From Nanobdellota archaeon (lineage in GTDB: Archaea > Nanobdellota > Nanobdellia > Woesearchaeales > GW2011-AR4), in the NCBI GenBank assembly GCA_022565235.1, contig JADFJW010000001.1:1135-65134 (forward strand): a DNA stretch of 64,000 nt, given 5' to 3'. A program made the translations under genes and the position numbers. The notes under the pieces were generated by a model, which saw only the letters and a list, made by a program, of their open reading frames with translations, was not told the DNA's origin and searched no databases. Shown here piece after piece: positions 1 through 9,607 of this stretch (position 1 is the stretch's first letter; every line of letters begins with the position of its first letter).

Positions 1-1152
1 ACAATTAACATTAACAATATAACCAACCTTACTATAGAAAACTCAGTTGCTGGAAAAATAAACTTTACCCAAGCAATTGATCTAGGCGCAGGTGGAGACA
101 TAAACAGGTATGTTAACATATCATTTAACAGAATAGAGCTAAATTCAACTGCAATTCCAGCTTTAAATAAATCAGCAATCTTATATTTATATAATTTAAC
201 ATTCACAAATCCAAGAATCTTAAGAGACGGTTCAGTATGTCTAACTACAATTTGCAAAAAGCTAAGCTATACGAAAGGTACTCTGAAATTTAATGTAACC
301 CAATTTACTGTTTATTCTGCAGAAGAAACACCTAGTGCACCAGCAGAATCTGTAACTATATCTGAATCAAAGGCTGAAGACGTAGCAGGTAGTGGTATAG
401 AAATCATTAAGAAAATTATTTACAGTCATTTCTTTACCTTAATAGAAGCTGATGAAGAAATAAATATAAACATAAACAGGAAAGGATTGGCAGTAACAAA
501 AGTAGCATTTGAAGTGAATCAGGAATTAAATGATGTTTCATTCTCTATAATAGTTGTACAAAATCCATCAAATAGCATAGATAATGCCTACCAGTATTTT
601 GAGATTGAGTTTGATAAAATATTCAATATAAACATAATATCCTCTAGTATAAACTTCAAGGTCAGAAAAGATTCAGGTTATATTAAGGAAACTATAGCAC
701 TAAATAAGTATAAAAGTGGATGGATTCAACTACCTATAAGATTCGTTAAAGAAGATAGCAATTATTATTACTATGAAAGCGATATCGATGGTTATAGCCT
801 ATTTGCAATAACCGGAGAGAAACCTTTAATTGAGGAAGAAATTATTGAAGAAGAAATAGGCGCTGGAAAAATCATAGAGATCAAGGTTCCAACAATTGAA
901 AAGAAAATACAAATCCCAAGAGAAATATTTTTGGTATTACTTATAACATTCTTGTTGTTTTCATTTATATTACTGCTTATACAATTCCATCATGGACATG
1001 AATATGTATACAAGGAAACTTATATAAGCAAAACATTCGGGAAAATCACCGGGTACAGCCAAAGGGAATTTGGAAAACTGTATGTAAGAAAAGCAAAAGA
1101 AATTATCCAAAAAAAGTCCAAATCATCAATCAAAAGAAAAAGAAACAATTAA
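1..1152 (+). CDS. surface/secreted protein, 5'-partial (open from window edge), with acidic stalk, C-terminal TM anchor and basic tail
   Basis: Frame 1 is open from nt 1 to the stop at 1152. The C-terminus has an EEEIIEEEI stalk, a hydrophobic segment IFLVLLITFLLFSFILLLIQF and a KRKRNN tail. The architecture matches the 5864-7126 and 56477-58411 proteins. Confidence 0.55.
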   Translation, partial: TININNITNLTIENSVAGKINFTQAIDLGAGGDINRYVNISFNRIELNSTAIPALNKSAILYLYNLTFTNPRILRDGSVCLTTICKKLSYTKGTLKFNVTQFTVYSAEETPSAPAESVTISESKAEDVAGSGIEIIKKIIYSHFFTLIEADEEINININRKGLAVTKVAFEVNQELNDVSFSIIVVQNPSNSIDNAYQYFEIEFDKIFNINIISSSINFKVRKDSGYIKETIALNKYKSGWIQLPIRFVKEDSNYYYYESDIDGYSLFAITGEKPLIEEEIIEEEIGAGKIIEIKVPTIEKKIQIPREIFLVLLITFLLFSFILLLIQFHHGHEYVYKETYISKTFGKITGYSQREFGKLYVRKAKEIIQKKSKSSIKRKRNN

Positions 1153-1164
1153 ATTTTAAAGAAT

Positions 1165-1941
1165 CTATTTAATTATCCCTTCTATCGGACTTGATGCCGA
1201 AGCATACAACTTTTTAGGAATCCTTCCGGCCAAGAAAGCATCCCTTCCGCACTCTACAGCCAATTTCATTGCTCTTGCCATCCTTATCGGATCGCGAGCC
1301 AAAGCAACTCCAGTATTAAACAAAACACCATCCGCACCTAACTCCATTGCAATGCTGGCATCGGAAGCCGTGCCTACACCTGCATCCACAATTATTGGAA
1401 CTTTAGCATTCTCTATTATAATTTTTATATTGCTTGGATTCAAAATACCACGCCCGGAGCCTATTGGGCTTCCAAGCGGCATAACTGAAGTAGCTCCTGC
1501 ATCTTCAAGTTTTTTAGCATAGATAATATCGTCATTAGTATAAGCCAGAACCGTAAATCCTTCTTTAACCAAGACTCTTGTTGCTTTAAGAGTTTCCTCA
1601 TTATCTGGCATCAAAGTTTTTTGGTCGCCAATGACTTCCAGCTTAACCCAGTCAGGCATTCCTAACTCGCGGGCTAGTCTTGCAGTCCTTATAGCATCCT
1701 CTGCAGTATAGCAACCAGCAGTGTTTGGCAAAATCGTAAATTTTTCTTTATCTATAAAATTCAATAAATTTTCATTTTCATCATCAAAATTTACCCTTCT
1801 TATCGCTACTGTAACCACCTCTGCACCCGAAGCTTCATGAGCTTTCTTCATTATATCAAAATTCTCATATTTACCAGTACCTATAATCAACCTAGAATTA
1901 AGTTCGAACTTTCCAATTTTCAATTTATCATCATTCATCAA
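1165..1941 (-). CDS. thiG: thiazole synthase ThiG
   Basis: 258 aa. The N-terminus [19 protein letters not shown]...[10 protein letters not shown] is the typical ThiG TIM-barrel start. It sits immediately downstream of thiS. Confidence 0.9.
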   Translation of the reverse strand: MMNDDKLKIGKFELNSRLIIGTGKYENFDIMKKAHEASGAEVVTVAIRRVNFDDENENLLNFIDKEKFTILPNTAGCYTAEDAIRTARLARELGMPDWVKLEVIGDQKTLMPDNEETLKATRVLVKEGFTVLAYTNDDIIYAKKLEDAGATSVMPLGSPIGSGRGILNPSNIKIIIENAKVPIIVDAGVGTASDASIAMELGADGVLFNTGVALARDPIRMARAMKLAVECGRDAFLAGRIPKKLYASASSPIEGIIK

Positions 1942-2145
1942 CTAACCACCGCCCACTGCTGTCACAATTTCCAATTTATCGTTATCTTTTAATTTAGTAT
2001 TTTCAAAGTTTTCTCTATGAACTATGTTTTTATTTAATTCGACAGCTACTACATCCATTTTAAGATCTAGTGCGTCTAATAATTCTGAAATCCTTGCGCA
2101 ATCTAATTCCTTTTCCTGACCATTGATTATCAGCTTCATCTCCAC
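1942..2145 (-). CDS. thiS: sulfur carrier protein ThiS
   Basis: 67 aa ending in GGG (ubiquitin-like fold with Gly-Gly terminus), directly abutting thiG. Confidence 0.8.
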   Translation of the reverse strand: MEMKLIINGQEKELDCARISELLDALDLKMDVVAVELNKNIVHRENFENTKLKDNDKLEIVTAVGGG

Positions 2146-2250
2146 CCCTAAATAGAATGGGAGTATTAATTAATTTAAAAAGATTATTGTTTAAATCAGC
2201 ATTGTGTTTAAATCAATATTTTTAAATAGGCTGCATATTCCTGATTTGTT

Positions 2251-3225
2251 ATGGATAATCTGATATTGGAACAAAACATCGCAAACAAAAAAATCCACTT
2301 TGAGAGGGCTATCTTCATATCATGGTACTGCTCGTTGGGGGACTGCACTTACTGCTACATGTCAACCCAAAAAAGCCTTATTTCTGACCCAAATAAAGCA
2401 AAAAGATCAACGGCATCAATACTTGCAGAAGCTTATCTTTGCAAAAAACTAGGCTGGAAAGTCGGAAATTTGGCAGCTGGTTATGGAAGCTATACTCCGC
2501 AAAGCATTTTGGAACTTGTGAAAAACATTTTTTCCATCACTAATGAAAAAATATGGCTTAACATCGGAGTATTATCAGAAAAAACTATCGAATCCCTTGT
2601 ACCCTACTTAGAAGGAATTTATGGCGCTGTAGAAACGACAAACGAAATTGTTCATAAGAAAGTCGCTCCGAACAAGCCAATAGCTCCGATAGAAAGAATG
2701 TTTAAAATTTGTGATAAATACAATCTAAAAAAAGCAATGACTTTTATAGTAGGTATGGGGGAAACAATTGATGATTTTGATTCATTAAAAAATTTCATAA
2801 TAAAAAATAACGTTGATAAAGTTATCTTCTATGCATTGAATCCCATAAAAGGTACAATGTTTGAAAATAATAATGGTCCGGAAATTGATTATTATGTGGA
2901 ATGGATAAGAAAAACAAGAAATGAATTCCCAAATATTGATATCGTTGCAGGACCATGGGTAGACAGAGTGGATAACCTGCACCTTATGCTGGAAGCAGGA
3001 GCAAACGCGATAACAAAATTTCCCGCAATAAAGCTGTTCAACACAATACATGCAAAAAACATAGAAGAGGAAATAAAAAAAGCAGGTTTCGAGATGGAAG
3101 GAAGTTTTACACAAATTCCGGATATAAACATTGAAAACATAGATAATTTTGACTTTGACCCAATATTGAAAGAAAAAATAAAAATAAAATTGAAACAATA
3201 TATTAATCAATTAAATAAAAATTAG
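2251..3225 (+). CDS. radical SAM-like protein (ThiH/BioB-like) with atypical cysteine spacing
   Basis: CSLGDCTYC (CX4CX2C) lies near the N-terminus. DCTYC resembles the BioB/ThiH/HydG cluster motif. It is divergent from thiS-thiG. Confidence 0.55.
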   Translation: MDNLILEQNIANKKIHFERAIFISWYCSLGDCTYCYMSTQKSLISDPNKAKRSTASILAEAYLCKKLGWKVGNLAAGYGSYTPQSILELVKNIFSITNEKIWLNIGVLSEKTIESLVPYLEGIYGAVETTNEIVHKKVAPNKPIAPIERMFKICDKYNLKKAMTFIVGMGETIDDFDSLKNFIIKNNVDKVIFYALNPIKGTMFENNNGPEIDYYVEWIRKTRNEFPNIDIVAGPWVDRVDNLHLMLEAGANAITKFPAIKLFNTIHAKNIEEEIKKAGFEMEGSFTQIPDINIENIDNFDFDPILKEKIKIKLKQYINQLNKN

Positions 3226-3263
3226 AATTCTATTCGTACCTAAACGTCCGTCACTTCGTTCCT

Positions 3264-3328
3264 TGACATTAGCGATACTCATTTCATTCGTATCGTAATG
3301 CATACTCACTATCGTTCGTAGCTTTGCG
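3264..3328. repeat. 65-nt repeat R1 (copy of the permease 3' flank / intergenic junction)
   Basis: About 62 of 64 nt match 4575-4640. On the minus strand it retains ATG TCA AGG AAC ..., a vestigial permease start (MSRNEVTDV then stop). Confidence 0.7.
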
Positions 3329-4579
3329 TTACTCATAACGCAAAGCGTCCACGGGCTTTAATTTAGAAGCCCGGACAGCAGGTAAATATCCGGATGCAGC
3401 CCCTATACTAAAAGCAAATATGATACTTCCTGCAGTAAGCCAAATAGGGAATAATGGTTCCAAAAACGAAAAACCAGCCAGCGCAGCGATTTTGCCACCG
3501 GTAGTGGATATAACCCAGCCAAGAGCTACCCCCATAATCCCACCGATTGCACCTAATATTCCTGATTCTATCACAAATATGACTAAGATGTCACTATTTC
3601 TGGCGCCGATAGCCTTCATTATTCCTATTTCCTTTGTCCTCTCAAGGACGGCAGTGTACATTGTGTTCATTGTGTTGACGCTTGCTACAATTAAAGAAAT
3701 AAGCGCAATCAAAACTAAGATTCCATTCAAAACTAATATGATATTATTGAAAGCTTCTAACGCATCCTCAAACGTCTGCACAAAAAAGTCCTCTTTTCCT
3801 TCTTTTTGACCCTTGTGCTTTCTTAACTTGTCTGTTATTCTATCAGCAAGCAGAGAAGGGTCAACATTCCTATTGGCTTTGACCATAACAAACCCAAATT
3901 GATCCTTATCGTCAGGAAATAATGATTCGAATGAATCATATGTAAAATAAGCATTAGAATCGTCTTGGGGATTCCCAATCTTTTCATAAAAACCAATGAC
4001 TTCAAATACCTTATCATTAATCTCTATTTTTTCTCTTAAGGCTACAGGCTTTTTGAAAATTTTATTCTCAAGCTGATAATTATGCCCCAATACCACCTTA
4101 TCAAGATCACCTTTTTTGATCTGTCTGCCTTTCCCGATACCAACAGTAAACGCTTCCTCAACAAATTGAATTTTATCAGGATCAATGCCAGACCCAAATA
4201 CAAATTTAATTTGTCGGTTCTTTTTGACCTCGACTGTTTTCATGTATATTCCGGAGATCTCCTGGACTCCATTGATTTTTTCCACAAAATCAACATCGTC
4301 TCTTGAAATTCTGAAGTTTTCATCTGTTCCCGGAGCGCCTATACCTTTGCCCTGTATAAACAGCTTGTCTATGCCAGCTTGCTCAGCAAGAACATTAACA
4401 TAATTCTGTAGGCCGACACCAAAGCTTACAAGCGCGTAAATAGCTGTTATTCCAATAAGAATGGACAGGACTGTCAGTCCGCTTCTTAGCTTCCTTTTTT
4501 TTACGTGTAGGAATGCATATTTGATTAAGTCCGAATTCATTTTGAAAAGTGCAGAGTCTGGCACTACGTTCTTTGACAT
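3329..4579 (-). CDS. ABC transporter permease, FtsX/MacB family
   Basis: 416 aa. It has an N-terminal TM, a large periplasmic domain and a C-terminal FtsX 4-TM domain, and is a paralog of the 4642-5862 protein. The C-terminus is KLKPVDALRYE. Confidence 0.85.
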   Translation of the reverse strand: MSKNVVPDSALFKMNSDLIKYAFLHVKKRKLRSGLTVLSILIGITAIYALVSFGVGLQNYVNVLAEQAGIDKLFIQGKGIGAPGTDENFRISRDDVDFVEKINGVQEISGIYMKTVEVKKNRQIKFVFGSGIDPDKIQFVEEAFTVGIGKGRQIKKGDLDKVVLGHNYQLENKIFKKPVALREKIEINDKVFEVIGFYEKIGNPQDDSNAYFTYDSFESLFPDDKDQFGFVMVKANRNVDPSLLADRITDKLRKHKGQKEGKEDFFVQTFEDALEAFNNIILVLNGILVLIALISLIVASVNTMNTMYTAVLERTKEIGIMKAIGARNSDILVIFVIESGILGAIGGIMGVALGWVISTTGGKIAALAGFSFLEPLFPIWLTAGSIIFAFSIGAASGYLPAVRASKLKPVDALRYE

Positions 4580-4640
4580 TAGCGATACTCATCTCATTCG
4601 TATCGTAATGCATGCTCACTATCGTTCGTAGCTTTTCGAT
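4575..4640. repeat. 65-nt repeat R2 (intergenic between the two permease genes)
   Basis: Near-identical to 3264-3328. It contains the 19-nt motif ctcactatcgttcgtagc. Confidence 0.7.
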
Positions 4641-4641
4641 A

Positions 4642-5862
4642 CTATCCGTATCTCAAAGCATCAACAGGATTTTTTCTTGAAGCTTGATAGGCAGGGACAG
4701 TACCTGCAATCAGACCAACTAAAAAGGAAAATAGTAAAGCACCCAGCACCAGTCCAATACCTACATCTGCCCTAATTAGTTCTGTGCCAAGAGCCAGTCT
4801 CCCCATAAAGGCAAATCCATGGGAGAGTATAAAGCCCGCTGTAATTCCAACAATCCCCCCAACCATCCCAAGCATACCAGATTCAATGAAGAATAAGGAA
4901 AAGATAGTGCTATTAGTTGCACCTATTGATTTCATTATTCCTATTTCCTTTGTCCTCTCAAGGACAGCAGTGTACATAGTATTGGTTATGCCTATTCCAC
5001 CAACAATAATGGAAATGAAAGCTATTATCGATATGAATATCTGAACTCCAAATAAGGTACTGTCAAGAGTCTGCAGTGCGTTCTCCGGACTCTGAACGGT
5101 AAAATCTTCTTCACCTTCCTTTACATCCCTTTCTTTTCTCAATAATTTCTCAATATCCCGGATTACGTTATCGATAATTTTCAGTTCTTTGACTCTTACT
5201 GCTATTGCATTGACAGAATCGCCATCCCTAAAATTATCTACAAGCACATCTTCATTCATAACTATAACAGAATCAAAAATGAAACTGCCTCTTTTTTCCA
5301 ATATCCCGATCACCTCAAATTCCTTATCATCAAACAGGATCCTATTTCCTATCTGGACTGCTTTTCCAAATTTGTCGTCTTTGGTAAAATCGTTTCCGAC
5401 CACAACTTTAAAATTGTCACTGTCTTTCAACAGCCTGCCTTTTTGTGTCCTTAAGTTGAGCATATCTTCGAATATTTTCCGGTTCTTGCCTTCTGGAACA
5501 TTCCAGGCTATACCTATGTCCTGTTGATCATTGAATTCAATAGTTCCTGTTTCTATATACCGGTTTATGGCTACTTCTACGCCGGTAATACGCTGGATCT
5601 TTTCTGCCAGGTCTTCTGTCAGACCTTTTACAACGGCTTGTCCTGGTGGCCCTGCAAAATTTATACCGCTTGCTCGTATTGCCAGAACATCCGGCCCTAA
5701 GAACCCGAACTGACCAATTATAGCTCCTCTTAAACCTTCTCCCAGGCCCATCAATGCAACTACAGCCGCAATACCGATGAAAATTCCAATCATGGTCAGC
5801 CAAGATCGGAGCTTTCGGTGCCTGAGACCTTTCAAAGCTATGATAAAATTATCAACTAGCAT
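4642..5862 (-). CDS. ABC transporter permease, FtsX/MacB family
   Basis: 406 aa. The N-terminus LRHRKLRSWLTMIGIFIGIAAVV and C-terminus ...ASRKNPVDALRYG are FtsX hallmarks. Confidence 0.85.
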   Translation of the reverse strand: MLVDNFIIALKGLRHRKLRSWLTMIGIFIGIAAVVALMGLGEGLRGAIIGQFGFLGPDVLAIRASGINFAGPPGQAVVKGLTEDLAEKIQRITGVEVAINRYIETGTIEFNDQQDIGIAWNVPEGKNRKIFEDMLNLRTQKGRLLKDSDNFKVVVGNDFTKDDKFGKAVQIGNRILFDDKEFEVIGILEKRGSFIFDSVIVMNEDVLVDNFRDGDSVNAIAVRVKELKIIDNVIRDIEKLLRKERDVKEGEEDFTVQSPENALQTLDSTLFGVQIFISIIAFISIIVGGIGITNTMYTAVLERTKEIGIMKSIGATNSTIFSLFFIESGMLGMVGGIVGITAGFILSHGFAFMGRLALGTELIRADVGIGLVLGALLFSFLVGLIAGTVPAYQASRKNPVDALRYG

Positions 5863-5863
5863 T

Positions 5864-7126
5864 CTAAGAGTTTGTTCTCTTCTTCCTTCTTCTCTTATAG
5901 TACAAAAGCCCTGCTACAATAATAATAATGACAATTAATGCTCCTACAAATCCATTACTCTGCTTTAATCCCAGCTTTTTTGCTTCAAAAGCAGTATATA
6001 GATTAAGTTTGAGCTCAATATTGTCTCTAAACTCCTTATTATGGGCATCCTTGTATTCAAGTGTTAAAGGCAATGATATTTGATCGCTTTTTGTTTTGTC
6101 AACAAACAATTTGAAATCAGCAGTTTCAAAATCATCAGAATCTATATTACCTAAGTAAACCTCATCGTTTGTCAATATCTGATAGCTATTGCTGGGTTTC
6201 AATTCCATATTGACAAATTTAATATCAATCAGCCCTTTATTTACTACCTTAATCACTATTTCTCCATAATTTCCAGATTCATAAATATCTGAATCATCTA
6301 AAGTTACACTTAAATCTGGTTCAGCCCCAATTATAAGGCCTATTGTGCCATTGGTTATATAGGTCTTTCCCAGTTCATCAGAATAGGTAACTCTTAATGG
6401 AACCTGGTAAACTCCTGAAGCTGCATCTGGATTTGCTAAAAGCTCAAAGATAAATTCATAACTGCTTTTCGCATCAATTTTGTAGATGCTCTTTTCATTG
6501 GTAGATCCCAAAGGAACAAAAGATGTACCCCCTAACCCTATATTCACCTTTATATCCTTAAGGATAGAATCAGCCTTGTTCGAAAGTTTTATTTTAACAA
6601 TGCCGCTTGTACCTGGTTCTATATAATCTTTATCCAAAGATATAGCATCTACAGCAAGTATTGCATCATGAGTCCGTATATCAACAAAAAATTCTTCCGG
6701 CTGGATCCAAACACCCTTATCAATCCTATACCTTATTTTTATTTCATTCTCTCCTTCAACAGCATTTTTATCAATCCTTAACTTGTACTTTACTATAACT
6801 CCAACATCACCTTTTTGTCTGCTTTGGATCGTTCCAACTTTTCTTACAGCATCTCTTCCAGGGTCCAGTGAAAAGGGATATTCCAGCAATATTTCAACTT
6901 CTACGTCTCTTGCTTCTCCAGTACCATTATTATCAAACTTAAACCTCATATCAATATATTTTCCAGGTTCTGCAGGATCTGGTTCCTGATTAATCAAATT
7001 TACATCAATATCATATATATTTGAAGGTCTTTGAGTGGTTTGTGCTGCTGCACTGACATAAATAGCGGACAAAATCACCATTACACTAAAAACCATCAAT
7101 ATTTTTTTTTGCATTAAATTTCCCAT
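5864..7126 (-). CDS. secreted/surface-anchored protein (COG1361-like, S-layer-domain type) associated with the ABC transporter
   Basis: Signal peptide MQKKILMVFSVMVILSAIYVSAAAQ. C-terminal TM GALIVIIIIVAGLLYY followed by KRRRKKRTNS. It sits between the ATPase and the permeases. Confidence 0.6.
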   Translation of the reverse strand: MGNLMQKKILMVFSVMVILSAIYVSAAAQTTQRPSNIYDIDVNLINQEPDPAEPGKYIDMRFKFDNNGTGEARDVEVEILLEYPFSLDPGRDAVRKVGTIQSRQKGDVGVIVKYKLRIDKNAVEGENEIKIRYRIDKGVWIQPEEFFVDIRTHDAILAVDAISLDKDYIEPGTSGIVKIKLSNKADSILKDIKVNIGLGGTSFVPLGSTNEKSIYKIDAKSSYEFIFELLANPDAASGVYQVPLRVTYSDELGKTYITNGTIGLIIGAEPDLSVTLDDSDIYESGNYGEIVIKVVNKGLIDIKFVNMELKPSNSYQILTNDEVYLGNIDSDDFETADFKLFVDKTKSDQISLPLTLEYKDAHNKEFRDNIELKLNLYTAFEAKKLGLKQSNGFVGALIVIIIIVAGLLYYKRRRKKRTNS

Positions 7127-7128
7127 AG

Positions 7129-7827
7129 TTAACCACCCTTCATTCTTTTAATTATTTTTCCATCCTTAAGGAATTCAATCCTATTAGCATGTTTTGCGAC
7201 ATTTGTATCGTGTGTGACCATGATGATTGTTTTTCCTTTTTTATTGAGATCTTCCAAAAATTTTATCACCATCTGACCGGTTTTTGAATCTAAATTACCG
7301 GTAGGCTCGTCAGCTAAAACCACCTCAGGGTCGTTAGCCAGACTTCTTGCAATTGCAACACGCTGCTGCTCGCCGCCGCTTAATTCCGTCGGCTTATGGT
7401 CAATTCTCTCCTGTAGCCCTACCATTCGCAATAGATTTTTTCCGGTTTCCAATCTTTCATCCCTTTCTATACCCTGGAATATCATAGGCAACGTAACATT
7501 CTCCAATGCAGTTAGGGTATTGATCAAATTGAACTGCTGGAATATGAAGCCAATTTTCTTTCCTCTTATCTGGGCTAAATCTGATTCCGGCAGCTTTGAA
7601 ATGTCATGCTTTTCAAGATATATTTTACCTTTGGATGGGATGTCGAGTGCTCCAACCATATTAACTGCAGTAGATTTTCCAGAACCAGACGGACCCATTA
7701 TTGCTACAAATTCTCCTTTTCTTATTTCTAAGTTTAAGCCGCGGAGAGCATTAACCTTTACCTTGCCCATTTGATATGTTTTCCATACGTTATCCAATTT
7801 TATTATAGTATCTTTCATTTTGAACAT
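7129..7827 (-). CDS. ABC transporter ATP-binding protein (MacB/LolD-like)
   Basis: Walker A GPSGSGKST, ABC signature LSGGEQQRVAIARS, Walker B VLADEPTGNLD and an H-loop are present. Confidence 0.9.
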   Translation of the reverse strand: MFKMKDTIIKLDNVWKTYQMGKVKVNALRGLNLEIRKGEFVAIMGPSGSGKSTAVNMVGALDIPSKGKIYLEKHDISKLPESDLAQIRGKKIGFIFQQFNLINTLTALENVTLPMIFQGIERDERLETGKNLLRMVGLQERIDHKPTELSGGEQQRVAIARSLANDPEVVLADEPTGNLDSKTGQMVIKFLEDLNKKGKTIIMVTHDTNVAKHANRIEFLKDGKIIKRMKGG

Positions 7828-7851
7828 CTTTCTTGTTCATAAGCCTTCAAA

Positions 7852-7886
7852 ATGAAAGCTACGAACGTTAGTGAGTCTGCTTTCAT
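7852..7886 (-). promoter_or_regulatory. hairpin (8-bp stem atgaaagc/gctttcat) enclosing a copy of the 19-nt motif, 45 nt upstream of the ABC ATPase start
   Basis: An inverted repeat is read directly. The loop contains gctacgaacgttagtgagt, the reverse complement of actcactaacgttcgtagc. Confidence 0.45.
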
Positions 7887-8074
7887 TTCAAGACCCATAA
7901 ATTTACTCCTGCTTTTTTTATTCTCCTGAACTTATTGTCTAAAGTTAGCTCTAAAAGATATTTTTCAGCAGTATTCCAAGAAATTCTAAATTCATTTGCA
8001 ATCTCTGCTGTAGTTATGACTCTGTCTTTCTTGGCAAAATACGGAATTTTACTCTTAATATTATGTAATTTCAT
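7883..8074 (-). CDS. small winged-helix DNA-binding protein (putative regulator)
   Basis: The ORF-track start is probably over-extended. From MKLHNIKS the 62-aa protein ITTAEIANEFRISWNTAEKYLLEL...RRIKKAGVNLWVL has an HTH plus wing pattern. It lies upstream of the ABC operon. Confidence 0.4.
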   Translation of the reverse strand: MKLHNIKSKIPYFAKKDRVITTAEIANEFRISWNTAEKYLLELTLDNKFRRIKKAGVNLWVLK

Positions 8075-8185
8075 AAGTAAATACCTATTTAAATACCTGT
8101 GTAAAACAATATGTATATACATATATTTAAACTTTATGTTTGATAATACCAAAGATTTAAATTAAACAAAAATCAGATATAGATT

Positions 8186-9607
8186 ATGAACTGGAAAACA
8201 TTATCCCATTTAAGTACTAGAAAAATAAAGAACATACAAAACAAAAAATTAAGGTATTTTATTCAACATAAGGTCCCATTCAGTCCTTATTACAATGATT
8301 TATTCAAAGAAAATAAAATAAGATTCTCTGATATAAAAACAACAGACGATTTAAGAAAAATTCCATTTACAACAAAAAATGATATAGCACCAACAAAAAA
8401 TAATCCAAAAAAACATGCAAATTTTGTTCTGCAACCTAATAAAGAGTCAATAAAAAAATATTCTTCAAAACTTGACTTATTAAAATATGCTCTCAATAAA
8501 AATTCTGCTTTTAAAGAATTTAATCCAGTTCATTTGCACTTTACAACTGGAAGAACAGCAAATGCAGTTCCTTTTCTTTATACAGCATATGATCTGGAAA
8601 AATTAAGAGAATCTGGAAAAAGAATGATGAATATTCTTGATATTAATAAAGATAATAAACTTATAAATGCATTTCCTTATGCGCCCCATTTAGCATTCTG
8701 GGCAACATTTTTTGCGGCAGAAGCTTCTGGCTTGTTTGCGTTGCATACAGGCGGTGGAAAAATTTTAGGAACAGACAAAATAATAAAATCCATTCAAAGC
8801 ACAAAAGCAACTCTGCTGGCAGCTATCCCAGGCTTTGCATACCACCTGTTAAGAGAGGCAAAAAACAAAAAAGCTGACTTTAGCAGTGTCAAAAAAATAT
8901 TCTTTGGCGGTGAAAGAGTTTCAAAAGGCTTAAGAGAAAAAATAAGATCTATGCTTACAAGCCTAGGGAGCAAAAATCCAGAGATATTTGCAACATATGC
9001 ATTTACAGAAGGAAAGGTAGCATGGGCAGAATGTAAAGAAAATTCCGGTTATCATCTTTACCCAGATATGGAATTTATTGAAATAATAGACAAGAATGGA
9101 GAAGATGTCGGAGAAAATGAAAAAGGTGAAATTGTTTATACTGCTCTTGATTTCAGAGGTACCATTGTTTTAAGATACAAAACAGGAGATGTAGGAAGCA
9201 TTACATATGAAAAATGCAGTTGTGGAAGAACCCTACCAAGATTAAGCTCGGAAATTGAAAGAAGTTCAGAGATCAAGGAATTTAATCTAACAAAAGTAAA
9301 GGGAACTTTAGTTAATTTAAATGCTTTTTTTGAAATATTAAATACAAAAGAAATTGAAGAATGGCAAGTTGAGATAAAAAAGAAAAATAATGACCCTTAT
9401 GAACTAGATGAATTAATAGTTTATATATCTCCAAAAAAGAATATTGATTTTATCAAATTAAAATCAAAATTGAAAAAGATATTATATGATGAGCTTGAAA
9501 TAACACCGCAAATTGTAAAGATGGATTTGAAAGAAATTCTAGATAGACTAGGAATGGAAACTGAGCTAAAAGAAAAGAGGATTATTGATAATAGGCCTAA
9601 AACTTAA
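8186..9607 (+). CDS. adenylate-forming enzyme, phenylacetate-CoA ligase / coenzyme F390 synthetase family (COG1541-like)
   Basis: 473 aa. LHFTTGRTANAVPF resembles the PaaK (S/T)SGTTGKP AMP-binding motif, and the overall length and order match PaaK-like enzymes. Confidence 0.6.
   Translation: MNWKTLSHLSTRKIKNIQNKKLRYFIQHKVPFSPYYNDLFKENKIRFSDIKTTDDLRKIPFTTKNDIAPTKNNPKKHANFVLQPNKESIKKYSSKLDLLKYALNKNSAFKEFNPVHLHFTTGRTANAVPFLYTAYDLEKLRESGKRMMNILDINKDNKLINAFPYAPHLAFWATFFAAEASGLFALHTGGGKILGTDKIIKSIQSTKATLLAAIPGFAYHLLREAKNKKADFSSVKKIFFGGERVSKGLREKIRSMLTSLGSKNPEIFATYAFTEGKVAWAECKENSGYHLYPDMEFIEIIDKNGEDVGENEKGEIVYTALDFRGTIVLRYKTGDVGSITYEKCSCGRTLPRLSSEIERSSEIKEFNLTKVKGTLVNLNAFFEILNTKEIEEWQVEIKKKNNDPYELDELIVYISPKKNIDFIKLKSKLKKILYDELEITPQIVKMDLKEILDRLGMETELKEKRIIDNRPKT

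Noticed and set aside
2785-3210. Minus-strand ORFs 2785-3210 and 2892-3140 inside the radical-SAM-like gene
   Set aside because: Antisense to a gene with a clear Cys motif. The sequence is F/Y/C-rich nonsense typical of AT-rich shadow frames.
3420-5527. Plus-strand ORFs 3420-3809, 4082-4306, 4185-4403, 4784-5044 and 5189-5527 inside the permease genes
   Set aside because: They are antisense shadow ORFs opposite well-supported FtsX permease genes. Their products are low-complexity (P/I/S-rich) with no motifs.
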